Source of the DNA: a virus
Strand: one strand, 5' to 3'
Virus record (IMG/VR): IMGVR_UViG_3300002460_000021
Span: 1 to 64,000 of that record
DNA length: 64,000 nt
In this document: piece by piece, positions 35,703-45,326 of the stretch
Layout of the letters: the number at the start of each line of letters is the position of its first letter
Position numbering within the stretch: the stretch's first letter is position 1
Program-made: the position numbers and the translations under genes
The notes under the pieces: generated by a model
The model's database searches: none
What the model was told of the DNA's origin: nothing
What the model saw: the letters and a program-made list of their open reading frames with translations, nothing else

Positions 35703-38700
35703 TTAGTGGCTAGCAAGCCGCTCAGACAAATCTAATTCACGGCAACGCTCAACCGTTAGTTCTTCGCCCCAGTACTCGTATACGGCGCAGCCAATACCAA
35801 GATGATACGGCCCGGTACCAAGCGGGAAGCCGTCTAGGTCGCAAGGAATAACGGGAACTTGTTCAACCATACATAGCGGTAAAACAACGTCATAGACATA
35901 TTCAGCCCACTCAATCGGCACCTCCAACATCACCGCGTCGTGAACCTGTAGCACCATGGAGAATTTAACTTCTGGATGCTCAAATCGATATTGCCGTAAG
36001 TTGGCTAGCGCCAGTGCCATAGCATCGGCCACGCCAGACTGTGTACCCATGTTCATACTCTGGCGTTCAAACTCACCTTGTTTCTGACGATCGTTAGTTT
36101 TTGGAAAACGTCGATATCGGCCAAAACAAGTGCAACTCCAACCAGGATTGACGACGCGCCGACGACATTTATCAAAGTACTTATCGAGATCCGGATACAT
36201 TTGCGTAAGCGCTGCTATGAGCTCCTGCGCTTGTTGCACCGTAATAGGCGCCTCTTTAGAACGCGCGGTTCGTGCAAGAGCCTCCGCCCCCTGACCATAA
36301 AAGCGACCAAACACTACAGATTTAGCAGCCACGCGGTAGTGCTTCTTACCGATAGAGTCCAGGCCCTTCTTAGTCGGAAGGCAGCCAAGTTGAAACGCAC
36401 GTACGGCCAGAGACGAGTGAATATCATAGAAGTCAGGATGATCGTCAGGTAACGTAGAGCGCCGCGCGTGCTCAATTAAATTGGCGTCATTTGAAAGCCA
36501 CGCAGCAACCGCAACCTCAGCTCCAGTATAGTCAGCATCTATAAACACACAGCCAGGACGAGCCTTCAAACAACTGCGAATAGAGTGTTTATAAACGCTG
36601 CCCAAAATCCTCTGATAATCCGCATCGCGTTGACCAGAGAAATTTTGGCAGTTTGGTTTACTCGATGATACGCGCCCAGTTTCAACAGGAAAGAAATGCG
36701 TACGTACGGCACCATCAGAATCGACGTAGCTCAAGAGCCCCTTTTCATACACGGGTTCGCTGCCCTCGTCATCGTCTGGTTCCGGACCACGCGGCGGACG
36801 CAGCGTAGTTTTAAGAGCATGCGCAACGTATCGCAAATCACGTAAGAGCTTAAGCAACGGCTGACTACTGCTGCCCGCCAAAATGCTAATAGTTTCTCTG
36901 TCAGTGGACGGCAGCTGATTTAAAGGACACGGCTCGTCCGCATATAAATCTTCGTAAGGCACAGCGGCCTTGCCTTTACCAGACGGCTTAATGGGGGTTA
37001 GCCCAAAGTGCTGTACGCCGGCGGGCAACACAGTAATAATTGTACCGTCTTTATTACGTCGACCAACGAAACGGTCGCCGAACAAAATAGCGCGGCGATG
37101 ATAAGTAGACTCTGGATTGAAATCAACCCAGCCCACGGCATTACGGAATTCCGCAAGTTTGGCTGACTTGGACTGTTGGAAAATGTCGATCAACTGCTCT
37201 ACTCTGGCACGATCCACTAAAATACCTGTCGTTTCCATCTCAAGAAATGGAAGCGCGGTTTTCTGGGTTCGCCAGAACGCCTCGCGTGCACAGTTCCCGT
37301 ATCGATCGCAATCAAGCATGCCGCTCTTATCAGTGCCGTTGCCGTTAAATAACTCAAATAGCCTGAATGAAAGGTCCACGTCATACACACTGTAAGGCAG
37401 CAACAAATCTTCAGGTACATCCCCATAGCCTTCCAGGGCATCTCGCTTCATACCGCGCGACTTACAGTGCTCGTCTAGCCACGCATCTAGCAGAAGGTCG
37501 TAGCGAGGCGTACCTATAAACTGAGAACCAACTACCTCAAGTTTAAACGGGCCGGTCTCGACCAGAGCATGAGTTGCATACAGCGTATCAAAACCACCCT
37601 CGGTCCTAGTCTTCTCCCAACCTAGCTTGCCCGGGGGTGGATCGTCGTTGGGCGCATCAAATTGGTCACGAACATCGATGCCAAGATGAACTAGCCAGGG
37701 CAAGTCAGCCTTAAGGTTGTGCCCGATTAAGCGCACGTGCCGGCCGGGCCTGCTGCGCATAACACGCTCTAGCTGCCCGAGAACCACGCCTAAATCTAAC
37801 CCAGTATTACGTGCGCCGCCAGTCTCACGCAAAATGATAGCCGCGCCAAACTTAGCCTTGTGGCTAAGCTGAATCGTTCGCAAGTACCCCTCTTCTGGCC
37901 GCTTGCCGTGCCACTCGCAATCTACTGCCAGTGGCGCAATAGGGCCCGGAGCCTCACTTAAAATTTTATCGGCCAGCGCTACTAACTCGTCATTAGTACG
38001 AACGTACACTCTCTCAAGATTTGCTTCCTCTAATGTACCACAACCCCGGATACACCGAACAAAGAAACGCAGTGCCGCTGTAAACTGAGGCAATTCGTCA
38101 GGGTTGCGAGTCACGTGCGCGGGATGTGTACATCCCATAACTTTAATAGTGTGATCAAAAGAAGATACTTTACCCAAAACGTTAACGTCGCGCTCTGCTG
38201 GCTCGTAGTGAACGCCGTTGCACATTGGAATTGTAAGGTCAACAGTCTGGCCTATTAGATCGCCAATTTTCGCACTGCGGCCTAACACTGCCTTGGCCGC
38301 CTCTGAGCCTAAACACAACAAATAGTCTGGGCGAACTAGTCTAAGTTCCTGATGCAGCAACGGAAGACAATCCTTAACCCAGCTGGCAGGTAACGCCGAC
38401 TTGTCCAAATCAATATTAGGAAAGCGTACGGCATTAGCCAAATACCAGGCCTGTGTAGCCTGGTAATCAATACCGAGTTCCTCCAGCGTATTCCATAGTA
38501 CGTCACTGGCAGGCCCAACAAAATTAGTACGAGCCCTGACTTCTTCCCGCCCGGGACACTTGCCAAGAATCATGACAGTTGCACGTGCCGGACCAACGCG
38601 ATTACGTTCTCGTAGATGCCCAGGAACGAATGATGAAGTATGCGTTGTGAATTGATATTCAACTGGAAGAGAGAAGTTCTCGCTGTACAGCGCGGCGTGG

Positions 38701-38942
38701 TACAGCGCTGTCAGGAACGGCAAGTCACCGACACGCTTAGAAAAAGTAGCCGGCGTAATTTTACACTCCGGGTCGCCGCGGCGCCGACCCTCCGCTATGA
38801 AGTCGGGGCCGGGCGCTGGCATGCCAACAGCGTCTAGCGGATAGACAGGACAACGTTCTTGAATTGTCTCGTACGGCATACCGCCCATTAACAATTCAAG
38901 ATGATACTGTGCATTAGCACTAGGAGACATGGTTGTAGACAA
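35703..38942 (-). CDS. polA: Family A DNA polymerase with N-terminal uracil-DNA-glycosylase-like domain and 3'-5' exonuclease
   Basis: UDG4-like GKCPG..E....FVGP, HPA; exo DCE, GHNLKAD; TGRVSSSKPNCQN, motif A DADYTGAE, motif B R..AKSVVFG..YG, motif C QVHDA. Confidence 0.92.
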   Translation of the reverse strand: MSTTMSPSANAQYHLELLMGGMPYETIQERCPVYPLDAVGMPAPGPDFIAEGRRRGDPECKITPATFSKRVGDLPFLTALYHAALYSENFSLPVEYQFTTHTSSFVPGHLRERNRVGPARATVMILGKCPGREEVRARTNFVGPASDVLWNTLEELGIDYQATQAWYLANAVRFPNIDLDKSALPASWVKDCLPLLHQELRLVRPDYLLCLGSEAAKAVLGRSAKIGDLIGQTVDLTIPMCNGVHYEPAERDVNVLGKVSSFDHTIKVMGCTHPAHVTRNPDELPQFTAALRFFVRCIRGCGTLEEANLERVYVRTNDELVALADKILSEAPGPIAPLAVDCEWHGKRPEEGYLRTIQLSHKAKFGAAIILRETGGARNTGLDLGVVLGQLERVMRSRPGRHVRLIGHNLKADLPWLVHLGIDVRDQFDAPNDDPPPGKLGWEKTRTEGGFDTLYATHALVETGPFKLEVVGSQFIGTPRYDLLLDAWLDEHCKSRGMKRDALEGYGDVPEDLLLPYSVYDVDLSFRLFELFNGNGTDKSGMLDCDRYGNCAREAFWRTQKTALPFLEMETTGILVDRARVEQLIDIFQQSKSAKLAEFRNAVGWVDFNPESTYHRRAILFGDRFVGRRNKDGTIITVLPAGVQHFGLTPIKPSGKGKAAVPYEDLYADEPCPLNQLPSTDRETISILAGSSSQPLLKLLRDLRYVAHALKTTLRPPRGPEPDDDEGSEPVYEKGLLSYVDSDGAVRTHFFPVETGRVSSSKPNCQNFSGQRDADYQRILGSVYKHSIRSCLKARPGCVFIDADYTGAEVAVAAWLSNDANLIEHARRSTLPDDHPDFYDIHSSLAVRAFQLGCLPTKKGLDSIGKKHYRVAAKSVVFGRFYGQGAEALARTARSKEAPITVQQAQELIAALTQMYPDLDKYFDKCRRRVVNPGWSCTCFGRYRRFPKTNDRQKQGEFERQSMNMGTQSGVADAMALALANLRQYRFEHPEVKFSMVLQVHDAVMLEVPIEWAEYVYDVVLPLCMVEQVPVIPCDLDGFPLGTGPYHLGIGCAVYEYWGEELTVERCRELDLSERLASH

Positions 38943-39158
38943 TTACCGACTTCCTTTCTCCGCAGACCGGCTAAAACTCCACGCGCCATTATGGCTGGGC
39001 CGACTGTAGCTCTTATACTTATTCCGATGCCCGCTAACACTATACGTCAATCTGTGCCTACCAGGGAAAGGCGACAGTGCGCGACAAAAGCTACGATTGT
39101 TGTCAGTAAGTATTACGGGATTATGGTCCTTTTCTGAAGATATCCATGGAGCAAACAT
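38943..39158 (-). CDS. Ser/Arg-rich microprotein (MFAPW subfamily)
   Basis: YSVSG, KSYS, GAWSFS; stop abuts the polA start. Confidence 0.8.
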   Translation of the reverse strand: MFAPWISSEKDHNPVILTDNNRSFCRALSPFPGRHRLTYSVSGHRNKYKSYSRPSHNGAWSFSRSAEKGSR

Positions 39159-39168
39159 ATATTTATTC

Positions 39169-39372
39169 CTACCAAAAGTTGCTGCAGCTAAAGCTCCAAC
39201 ATCCCCTTACATCTCCGGAGTAACTTTTGAAAACACGCAATGAATAACTACTATACAGCTTACGATCGCCATCGACTGTGACGGTAGAACCGCTCACTCT
39301 CGCGACGCCCTGGGCACAGCCAAGCAGCATGTAAGAAAACTCACGCTTATTGAGTATCCATGGAGCAAACAT
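39169..39372 (-). CDS. Ser/Arg-rich microprotein (MFAPW subfamily)
   Basis: MFAPWI, KSYS, GCWSFS; GAGG RBS. Confidence 0.8.
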   Translation of the reverse strand: MFAPWILNKREFSYMLLGCAQGVARVSGSTVTVDGDRKLYSSYSLRVFKSYSGDVRGCWSFSCSNFW

Positions 39373-39373
39373 A

Positions 39374-39598
39374 TTAAGACCTCTGCCTACTACTAGCAGT
39401 TCCAACAGTTAAAGAACGGCTAACACTGTAGCTCTCCCTCCCGACCCTGAGTCCAGCACAGCTCTTAAAACCATAGATTGATCTACTAGCAAATGCTCTT
39501 GAACAACTAGCAGTCATACTAACTGAGCGCGGGCGACATCGTTCACGTGGCGACACGACAACAAAATAAAGCTTATTTATTCCGGACAATAATATCAT
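39374..39598 (-). CDS. Ser/Arg-rich microprotein
   Basis: SYSVSRS; overlaps the primase 3' end. Confidence 0.65.
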   Translation of the reverse strand: MILLSGINKLYFVVVSPRERCRPRSVSMTASCSRAFASRSIYGFKSCAGLRVGRESYSVSRSLTVGTASSRQRS

Positions 39599-40679
39599 CG
39601 GTAGTCCCTAGCTGTGGCAATAGTACATCCTGCTCCATAGCTGCTGCACGTATAAACTCATGTAATGCATCACGAGGGCAATCACCGGGATCCAGTCCCT
39701 CCGGTAAACGTAATGATAATACGGTAGCGCGCTCACAATCAGTACGTAACTTGACACAAATCTTATTGGCGTCTTCTGCCGCAGCAGGGTCGTCAGAATC
39801 AAGCAACACAATTACTACCTTGTCACCCCAATGCTTGTGAATAAGCCGTATCTGCTGCTCACTAATAGTCTTACCGAGAAGAGCGACTCCGCACGATCCA
39901 AGCCTCCATACGTCACTAGGTCCTTCGGCTATAACTACAAACGGCTGATTCTTAGCCCTATCGTAATTGTATAACACCAGGCGCTTAGGCAACCCTGGCA
40001 TCGTTAGATATTTTGGCGAACCTGCGTGTGTAAATTCGCCAACACACCGTGCCTGCCAACCAACCATGATACCGTCCATCATTATTGGAATGACGATGCG
40101 GCCCTCGACAGCAGGGTAACTGCACGGCTCTACGGCGTAACGGACGCCCCATACGGTATCCAGTTCAACTAAATCAAAACCACGATTCTGAATGTACTGC
40201 CGCGCAGGATGATCGGCAGACAAAGTTACCAATGACAATAATCGGCCTGGGTGGGGCACCGGATGCAAGCAGCGGCCGTTGTCTGCAGACACGCGCCCAG
40301 GCAATATCTTCATCTCATTACGGCGGTGCTCTGCACTCAACCTGATAAAGACTCTGTCCGCTAACCGGTGTCTATGGTCATAATCTTGTAAACAGTCAGA
40401 ACGAAAACATTTAACCAAGTCAAACAGATCCCGTTGAACGTGCACACTATAGGTGCCGTATAAATGTGAAAAGTATAAGTGACCGGAGTGATCGGCACAG
40501 TAAGGGCATCTAGTCACATACTGCTCGCCGCGGTGCATCCAACGTAAGTACGGTCGACGTGTATCAAGTGACGTGGCTTCTGTATAAGAAGCAGCCTCTC
40601 CTTTATTGACTACCTTAACAACACCACCCATACGCTCATCTAGCAAACGGTAAAGCTTACTGTTTAAATAGGCGTCCAT
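39573..40679 (-). CDS. DNA primase (Zn finger + TOPRIM)
   Basis: CPYC..H...C; RIVIP, WQAR, PKY, AEGPSD, ALLG, LDSD, DPGD. Confidence 0.9.
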   Translation of the reverse strand: MDAYLNSKLYRLLDERMGGVVKVVNKGEAASYTEATSLDTRRPYLRWMHRGEQYVTRCPYCADHSGHLYFSHLYGTYSVHVQRDLFDLVKCFRSDCLQDYDHRHRLADRVFIRLSAEHRRNEMKILPGRVSADNGRCLHPVPHPGRLLSLVTLSADHPARQYIQNRGFDLVELDTVWGVRYAVEPCSYPAVEGRIVIPIMMDGIMVGWQARCVGEFTHAGSPKYLTMPGLPKRLVLYNYDRAKNQPFVVIAEGPSDVWRLGSCGVALLGKTISEQQIRLIHKHWGDKVVIVLLDSDDPAAAEDANKICVKLRTDCERATVLSLRLPEGLDPGDCPRDALHEFIRAAAMEQDVLLPQLGTTDDIIVRNK

Positions 40680-40685
40680 TGTTTG

Positions 40686-40883
40686 TTACCTATTCATACT
40701 GGATGAATGGGCCCTACTAAAGCTCCAAGCCCCGGCTACAGTCTGCGCGTAGCTCTTAAAGTTGGCGTCGGACAGACACGCGTCTGGGCGGCTGCCACTA
40801 ACGGAGCAGCGGAAAATAGCACCTTTAGGGCTACCAGGATTAAATGTTATTTTTGCGTAACACCACGGGGGTAAAACCATCAC
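40686..40883 (-). CDS. Ser/Arg-rich microprotein (MVLPPW subfamily)
   Basis: GGAGG RBS; CSVSG, KSYA, GAWSFS. Confidence 0.8.
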   Translation of the reverse strand: MMVLPPWCYAKITFNPGSPKGAIFRCSVSGSRPDACLSDANFKSYAQTVAGAWSFSRAHSSSMNR

Positions 40884-40899
40884 ACACCCTCCATGTTTA

Positions 40900-41127
40900 T
40901 TAGCTACTACGGCTACGCGACATGTACGGCATACTAAAACTCCAAGCTCCGCCTCGATTACGACTATAGCTCTTATACGCGGCGTGCCTGTCACACCTGC
41001 CAGTCGAAGGGAAACCTAAGCTAGCGCCCGAGCGTCCACTAACTGAATAGCGCCGCCGCCCGCGTCTATTGCCGTACTGCGACTCAAAATTAATTTTTAT
41101 GCAACACCACGGCGGTAAAACCATCAC
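40900..41127 (-). CDS. Ser/Arg-rich microprotein (MVLPPW subfamily)
   Basis: GTGA overlap with helicase stop; YSVSG, KSYS, GAWSFS. Confidence 0.8.
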   Translation of the reverse strand: MMVLPPWCCIKINFESQYGNRRGRRRYSVSGRSGASLGFPSTGRCDRHAAYKSYSRNRGGAWSFSMPYMSRSRSS

Positions 41128-42830
41128 ACATCCTCTGGGCCTGTGACCCTAGAGCCATCATAGGGACCCTGGGTATTGACGAAACCGCTAAAGGACGAAC
41201 CAGGAGTACCAGGAGTCGCCACCTGCACACCAGGCGCGACGATAACGCCCCTGTCGGCCTTGTTAGCAAAGCCACCGCACGCGCGGCTACTTACAGCGTA
41301 CGTCTCATTAGCCGGCTTAAAGTGAGCGACCCGGCCATCGAGCACAAATATAGCCGGCTCATTGGAGGCTGCAGCACGTCGATGCTTAGTACACTCAATT
41401 TGTAACGCAGAAGTCTGTGGGTCTAAGTTACCCATAACAAAAGCGAAGGCCGCGTTATCGGCGAAGTTACGAGCGCCGCGCATGCGAGAGTGATGCTGCC
41501 TGGCCGTGGGGCCCTTGCGAGTCTCGTCGCCATGTAACTGATGCAGCACCCACACAGAACAATTATAGGGAATGGCTACTTTACGACGAATGTCGTTAAT
41601 GTAATTGTTAAGCATTTGCCATTCCTCCATCCTGACCTGAGGATGGGCATTGATATAGTTGGTCACAGCAATGCCGGCGTAATCGACAATCACTAGAACC
41701 GGACGTCTGCCAAGATGCTGCTCACGTTCTAAATCGACAACGATCTCGTCTATACCGCCGTTACCAACACCTGGGTAAGTCCCAGAGTAATCCTTAAGCC
41801 ACAGGTTTTTGTTGTCCAGTCGCTTACGCGCGTTGATGAGACGTTCCCTCTCGCCATGAATGACCTTGCCGCGGCCAATTTCATGACAGGCAGCGCGTTC
41901 GTAATCCTTGTACGAAGTCGGGTCTTCCTGTGTAGACAAAGGCTTATTTAGACGAAACGTGTCATAATCAATCTCGCCAGCACGAACCCATACCCTTAGC
42001 CGAATATCGGTATCCACGGGAGACTCGTAGCTGTAGTAAAAACAGTGCCCATAGCCTATCGGATGCTCATTAAGCTGGTACTGCGCAGACGAAAGTGCCA
42101 ACTGCACAGCGAACGTGGTTTTGCCTCCGCCGGTAGGACCGCCTAACACGTACACCTCGCCTGGCGCCTGCCCATTGCCCATAAGATGATCGATAAAACC
42201 CATTCCGGTTGGCCAGATGCCCGTTGGCTTAGTACTAAAATCGTCGTTAGAGGGAAATGGCGTTGTGTCTTCTACGGCGTTTAATCCGCTAATCGCCATC
42301 TGATTAGCCGACAACTGCTGAAAGAACGGAGCCAGGCTGTCAGGGACGCTGTTGCCCCAATTATCGACGAATCGCCGCAATTTGCTGTAAACCTTGCGCT
42401 CTTCTAGATACTTAGTAAGAAATATCTGTGCCGATACTTCGTCCAACTCGGCCTCAGCAAAATCGCCGGCCCACGCAAAAAAGCCGTCGCCATCCTTGCC
42501 GAATAGAAGAAAGTTGTGCTCATCTAAGACCCGCTCTGGGTCGTCGGCGGCCATCTTCTTGGCCTCTATTTCTAGCAAAGGCCGAAGTTTGCCATAAGGT
42601 TGTGGCAAGTCACGTCCATTGCGTGTCGCCACGGTTAGCGCGGCACGCCACACGACGAGGAAAACCACGTCTTCGATAGAATCAATATCCTCTGGCTGCA
42701 GCAAATCCCTCGCTCGCATGAACAGCAAGGGACACCGCAGCAGATGGGCCAACAAATACTCTTTTTCGCCGGCGGTAAGGCGCGAACGCTGCGCTAGCTC
42801 AGGCGCTAGCTTGCGCGGATCGTAGGCCAT
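41124..42830 (-). CDS. DnaB-like SF4 replicative helicase
   Basis: WPTGMGFIDHLM, GPTGGGKT, YSYE, VIVDYA, LHQL, KHR. Confidence 0.85.
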   Translation of the reverse strand: MAYDPRKLAPELAQRSRLTAGEKEYLLAHLLRCPLLFMRARDLLQPEDIDSIEDVVFLVVWRAALTVATRNGRDLPQPYGKLRPLLEIEAKKMAADDPERVLDEHNFLLFGKDGDGFFAWAGDFAEAELDEVSAQIFLTKYLEERKVYSKLRRFVDNWGNSVPDSLAPFFQQLSANQMAISGLNAVEDTTPFPSNDDFSTKPTGIWPTGMGFIDHLMGNGQAPGEVYVLGGPTGGGKTTFAVQLALSSAQYQLNEHPIGYGHCFYYSYESPVDTDIRLRVWVRAGEIDYDTFRLNKPLSTQEDPTSYKDYERAACHEIGRGKVIHGERERLINARKRLDNKNLWLKDYSGTYPGVGNGGIDEIVVDLEREQHLGRRPVLVIVDYAGIAVTNYINAHPQVRMEEWQMLNNYINDIRRKVAIPYNCSVWVLHQLHGDETRKGPTARQHHSRMRGARNFADNAAFAFVMGNLDPQTSALQIECTKHRRAAASNEPAIFVLDGRVAHFKPANETYAVSSRACGGFANKADRGVIVAPGVQVATPGTPGSSFSGFVNTQGPYDGSRVTGPEDV

Positions 42831-42845
42831 TGTGGCATCTCCGTT

Positions 42846-43529
42846 TTATTGTGATTTACGATACTGCGGTGGAAGTTTTTGCTGTAACTGCACAGGCAAA
42901 AACGCGCCGAATATCCTTTCTAGATCATCGGGGTTCAGCATAAATTGACTTAGTGCATCGGGTTCCCAGACATCTGCCAGATCACTATGGCCGGTCGCTA
43001 CAGCCAGACAGTACCTATAAAGCGGCGAGAGGACCGTGAAACCCGAGTCAATAACCAGTCGACACGCCTGATCCTGCTGGTACCCGTCTTGAAGAAACCG
43101 CCTGAGAGAGTACTCGGCTTCGCGATTTTGTTGCTGAAATTCAAACGTCAGCCTGGTGAAGATCTTGTCTGAATACTCCTTATAACGCTGCACCGCCGAT
43201 GGTGTCAGACACATATTAGGAGTAGGCGCATTACTGAGTCGTCCGTGAAACTGGGAGCGCACAAATTGAACAGGATCCAGGTGATGCGACAACACAAACT
43301 TGGCGATCTTGGGCCAAATAGGCTGTGACCGGCGCCCGGCAGCATCGCGACCGCCGTCCCAGCGCGGCGATGAGCAATACTGGCTATTTTGGCCCTTAAC
43401 AGCACGCTGGTGTAATCGCACCGCCTGGATCCATAGTTCTCGTATCTGCTGCCCCAGCCTAGTCTCGAGCTCGACAGCCGATATTACTAGGTTTGCAGGC
43501 GTACTTTCGTCATGAAATGGAAGAGCCAT
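42846..43529 (-). CDS. Hypothetical protein in the replication operon
   Basis: 227 aa ORF upstream of the helicase. Confidence 0.6.
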   Translation of the reverse strand: MALPFHDESTPANLVISAVELETRLGQQIRELWIQAVRLHQRAVKGQNSQYCSSPRWDGGRDAAGRRSQPIWPKIAKFVLSHHLDPVQFVRSQFHGRLSNAPTPNMCLTPSAVQRYKEYSDKIFTRLTFEFQQQNREAEYSLRRFLQDGYQQDQACRLVIDSGFTVLSPLYRYCLAVATGHSDLADVWEPDALSQFMLNPDDLERIFGAFLPVQLQQKLPPQYRKSQ

Positions 43530-43541
43530 TTGTCCCCCAAC

Positions 43542-43555
43542 AATATCCGGATATT
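43542..43555. repeat. AATATCCGGATATT palindrome copy 8
   Basis: Exact; overlaps TAA stop 43554-43556. Confidence 0.95.
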
Positions 43556-43799
43556 AGTCGGATCCAGTGGACTGCTCTGCTCCGGTGGTCGGTCGATTAC
43601 AGTTAACGGCAGCCACGATCTCAGCCACGGATTCGAGCTCGGCGCTAATGCACCAGCTGTTCTTGAGCGCGTCCATAATGACACGCAGCATACGTATTGT
43701 ACCGCGCACAAACAACCAGCACAGCAGCAGCTGCTGGATGAATACGGCAGCAATAAACAGCACAGCCACAAACAGAGGGTCGCTAAACAAATCGTTCAT
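43554..43799 (-). CDS. Small membrane protein (start MNDLF)
   Basis: One TM helix; AAGGGA RBS. Confidence 0.6.
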   Translation of the reverse strand: MNDLFSDPLFVAVLFIAAVFIQQLLLCWLFVRGTIRMLRVIMDALKNSWCISAELESVAEIVAAVNCNRPTTGAEQSTGSD

Positions 43800-43800
43800 C

Positions 43801-45318
43801 TTATTCCCTTTTAATAAAAACAGACCCACCCAGGCGCTTGGGCAGCACATTCTCCCACCCCTGCGCGGCGTAGTTACGGCGACGAGCCACAGCACGCCGT
43901 CTAAACGTATCGTCAAATTGATCCACGCAATCAATTACAATGCCGACTTCCTTTCCAACGTCATTAATACGACTAACTCGACCTGGCAACTGCCCGTCCT
44001 GAATTGGTGAAGCCATGCCATCCGCGCGAACAACCACCTGTAACAGAGGAAAATCTACGCCGGTACCCCACACTGAAGTAGCTATGACCTTAAGCACATC
44101 GCCTTTAGCAAACGCCAACCTGAGCGCCTCGCGGCTCTCGGCCGTCATCACTTCCTCGCCAGTACACATTAATCCTTTTTTGACATAAGCCTCAGCATCG
44201 ACAGGACTAATGCCGCCAGACGAATAGCACAACTGAAAATCCGGCAGTAGTTTACGTAGATGTAGCGCGTGCTCCACGGTTTCAACTAGCACCAGCACCT
44301 GAATGTCTGGCCCATACGCGCACAACTTTTCAGCTATAACCTCGTTACGAACCTTGTTGCGCCAAATACCGTGGCGCTTGCGTGTTGTGTCGTTCGTCTT
44401 ATTTGCTACAGGGTTATCGTCCATTTGTACATCTAGCCACTCAACGCGAATCGGCACAACCAAGCCGCGACGCAGAGCGTCGCTATAGGGCATATGCCAA
44501 ATGATAGGACCAAACAGAGATTCTAATTCAGCGTCAGCGCCATCTAGGCGACCCTCGGGGGTAGCAGAGAAGCCGTAATTACGGCTACGACGGTAGCGCG
44601 CCAAACCGCGAGCATATGTTGGAGCGGCCAGACGATGAATCTCATCGCCAATCAGAATGTCAGCATCTCCATCTGATTTCTCAAGTGAATCCGCTGAAAT
44701 AACGGTTACACGCCCCTGGATACACTTAGTTCCATCCAGCTGACCGACGCCAGGAATGTTGCGGGACAGCGTAGCCACAGTCTTTTCGACTAAGGACAGC
44801 CCAGGAACAACAACATGGATATTAGCACGATCGTACAAAGTACAAATCATACGAATCGATTCGCCTTTACCGAATCCGCACGGCGCACTAATGATACCAC
44901 ACTCATTGCCCGCTATAGCAACTAGGCAGTCGTCCTGACCCGGCCTAAATTGAAAATTACGTACAACGGCGTCCCAATTTGTAATAAATCTATCCGGGCG
45001 CTCGTGCGGCGCGTCGCAAGACACCAACTCGTACAGCAACTTATTGATTTCCAACACACTACGTACGCGCGGCCACAGACCCACCCCGAAACAAAGACGA
45101 CCATACGTGTCATACTGGTAGAGATTGCGAGGGATCACTTCCACTTTAGGCAGCTGCACGCCAGTGACCGGATCACGCCGCTGGCTACTGTGGCGCCATT
45201 TCTTATACAGATAGGTCAACGGAGGTTCAACTAGACGTCTAACAGTTAGAGGCAACGCCTCCGGCTGTCCCGTAGACAACTCCATTAAATTTCCGGAACG
45301 CCTCACTAATAATGACAT
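43801..45318 (-). CDS. SF2 DExH helicase (UvsW-like)
   Basis: FRPGQ, APCGFGKG, DEIH, SAT, GTGVDFP, Q..GRVSR. Confidence 0.9.
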   Translation of the reverse strand: MSLLVRRSGNLMELSTGQPEALPLTVRRLVEPPLTYLYKKWRHSSQRRDPVTGVQLPKVEVIPRNLYQYDTYGRLCFGVGLWPRVRSVLEINKLLYELVSCDAPHERPDRFITNWDAVVRNFQFRPGQDDCLVAIAGNECGIISAPCGFGKGESIRMICTLYDRANIHVVVPGLSLVEKTVATLSRNIPGVGQLDGTKCIQGRVTVISADSLEKSDGDADILIGDEIHRLAAPTYARGLARYRRSRNYGFSATPEGRLDGADAELESLFGPIIWHMPYSDALRRGLVVPIRVEWLDVQMDDNPVANKTNDTTRKRHGIWRNKVRNEVIAEKLCAYGPDIQVLVLVETVEHALHLRKLLPDFQLCYSSGGISPVDAEAYVKKGLMCTGEEVMTAESREALRLAFAKGDVLKVIATSVWGTGVDFPLLQVVVRADGMASPIQDGQLPGRVSRINDVGKEVGIVIDCVDQFDDTFRRRAVARRRNYAAQGWENVLPKRLGGSVFIKRE

Positions 45319-45326
45319 AAAGCATC

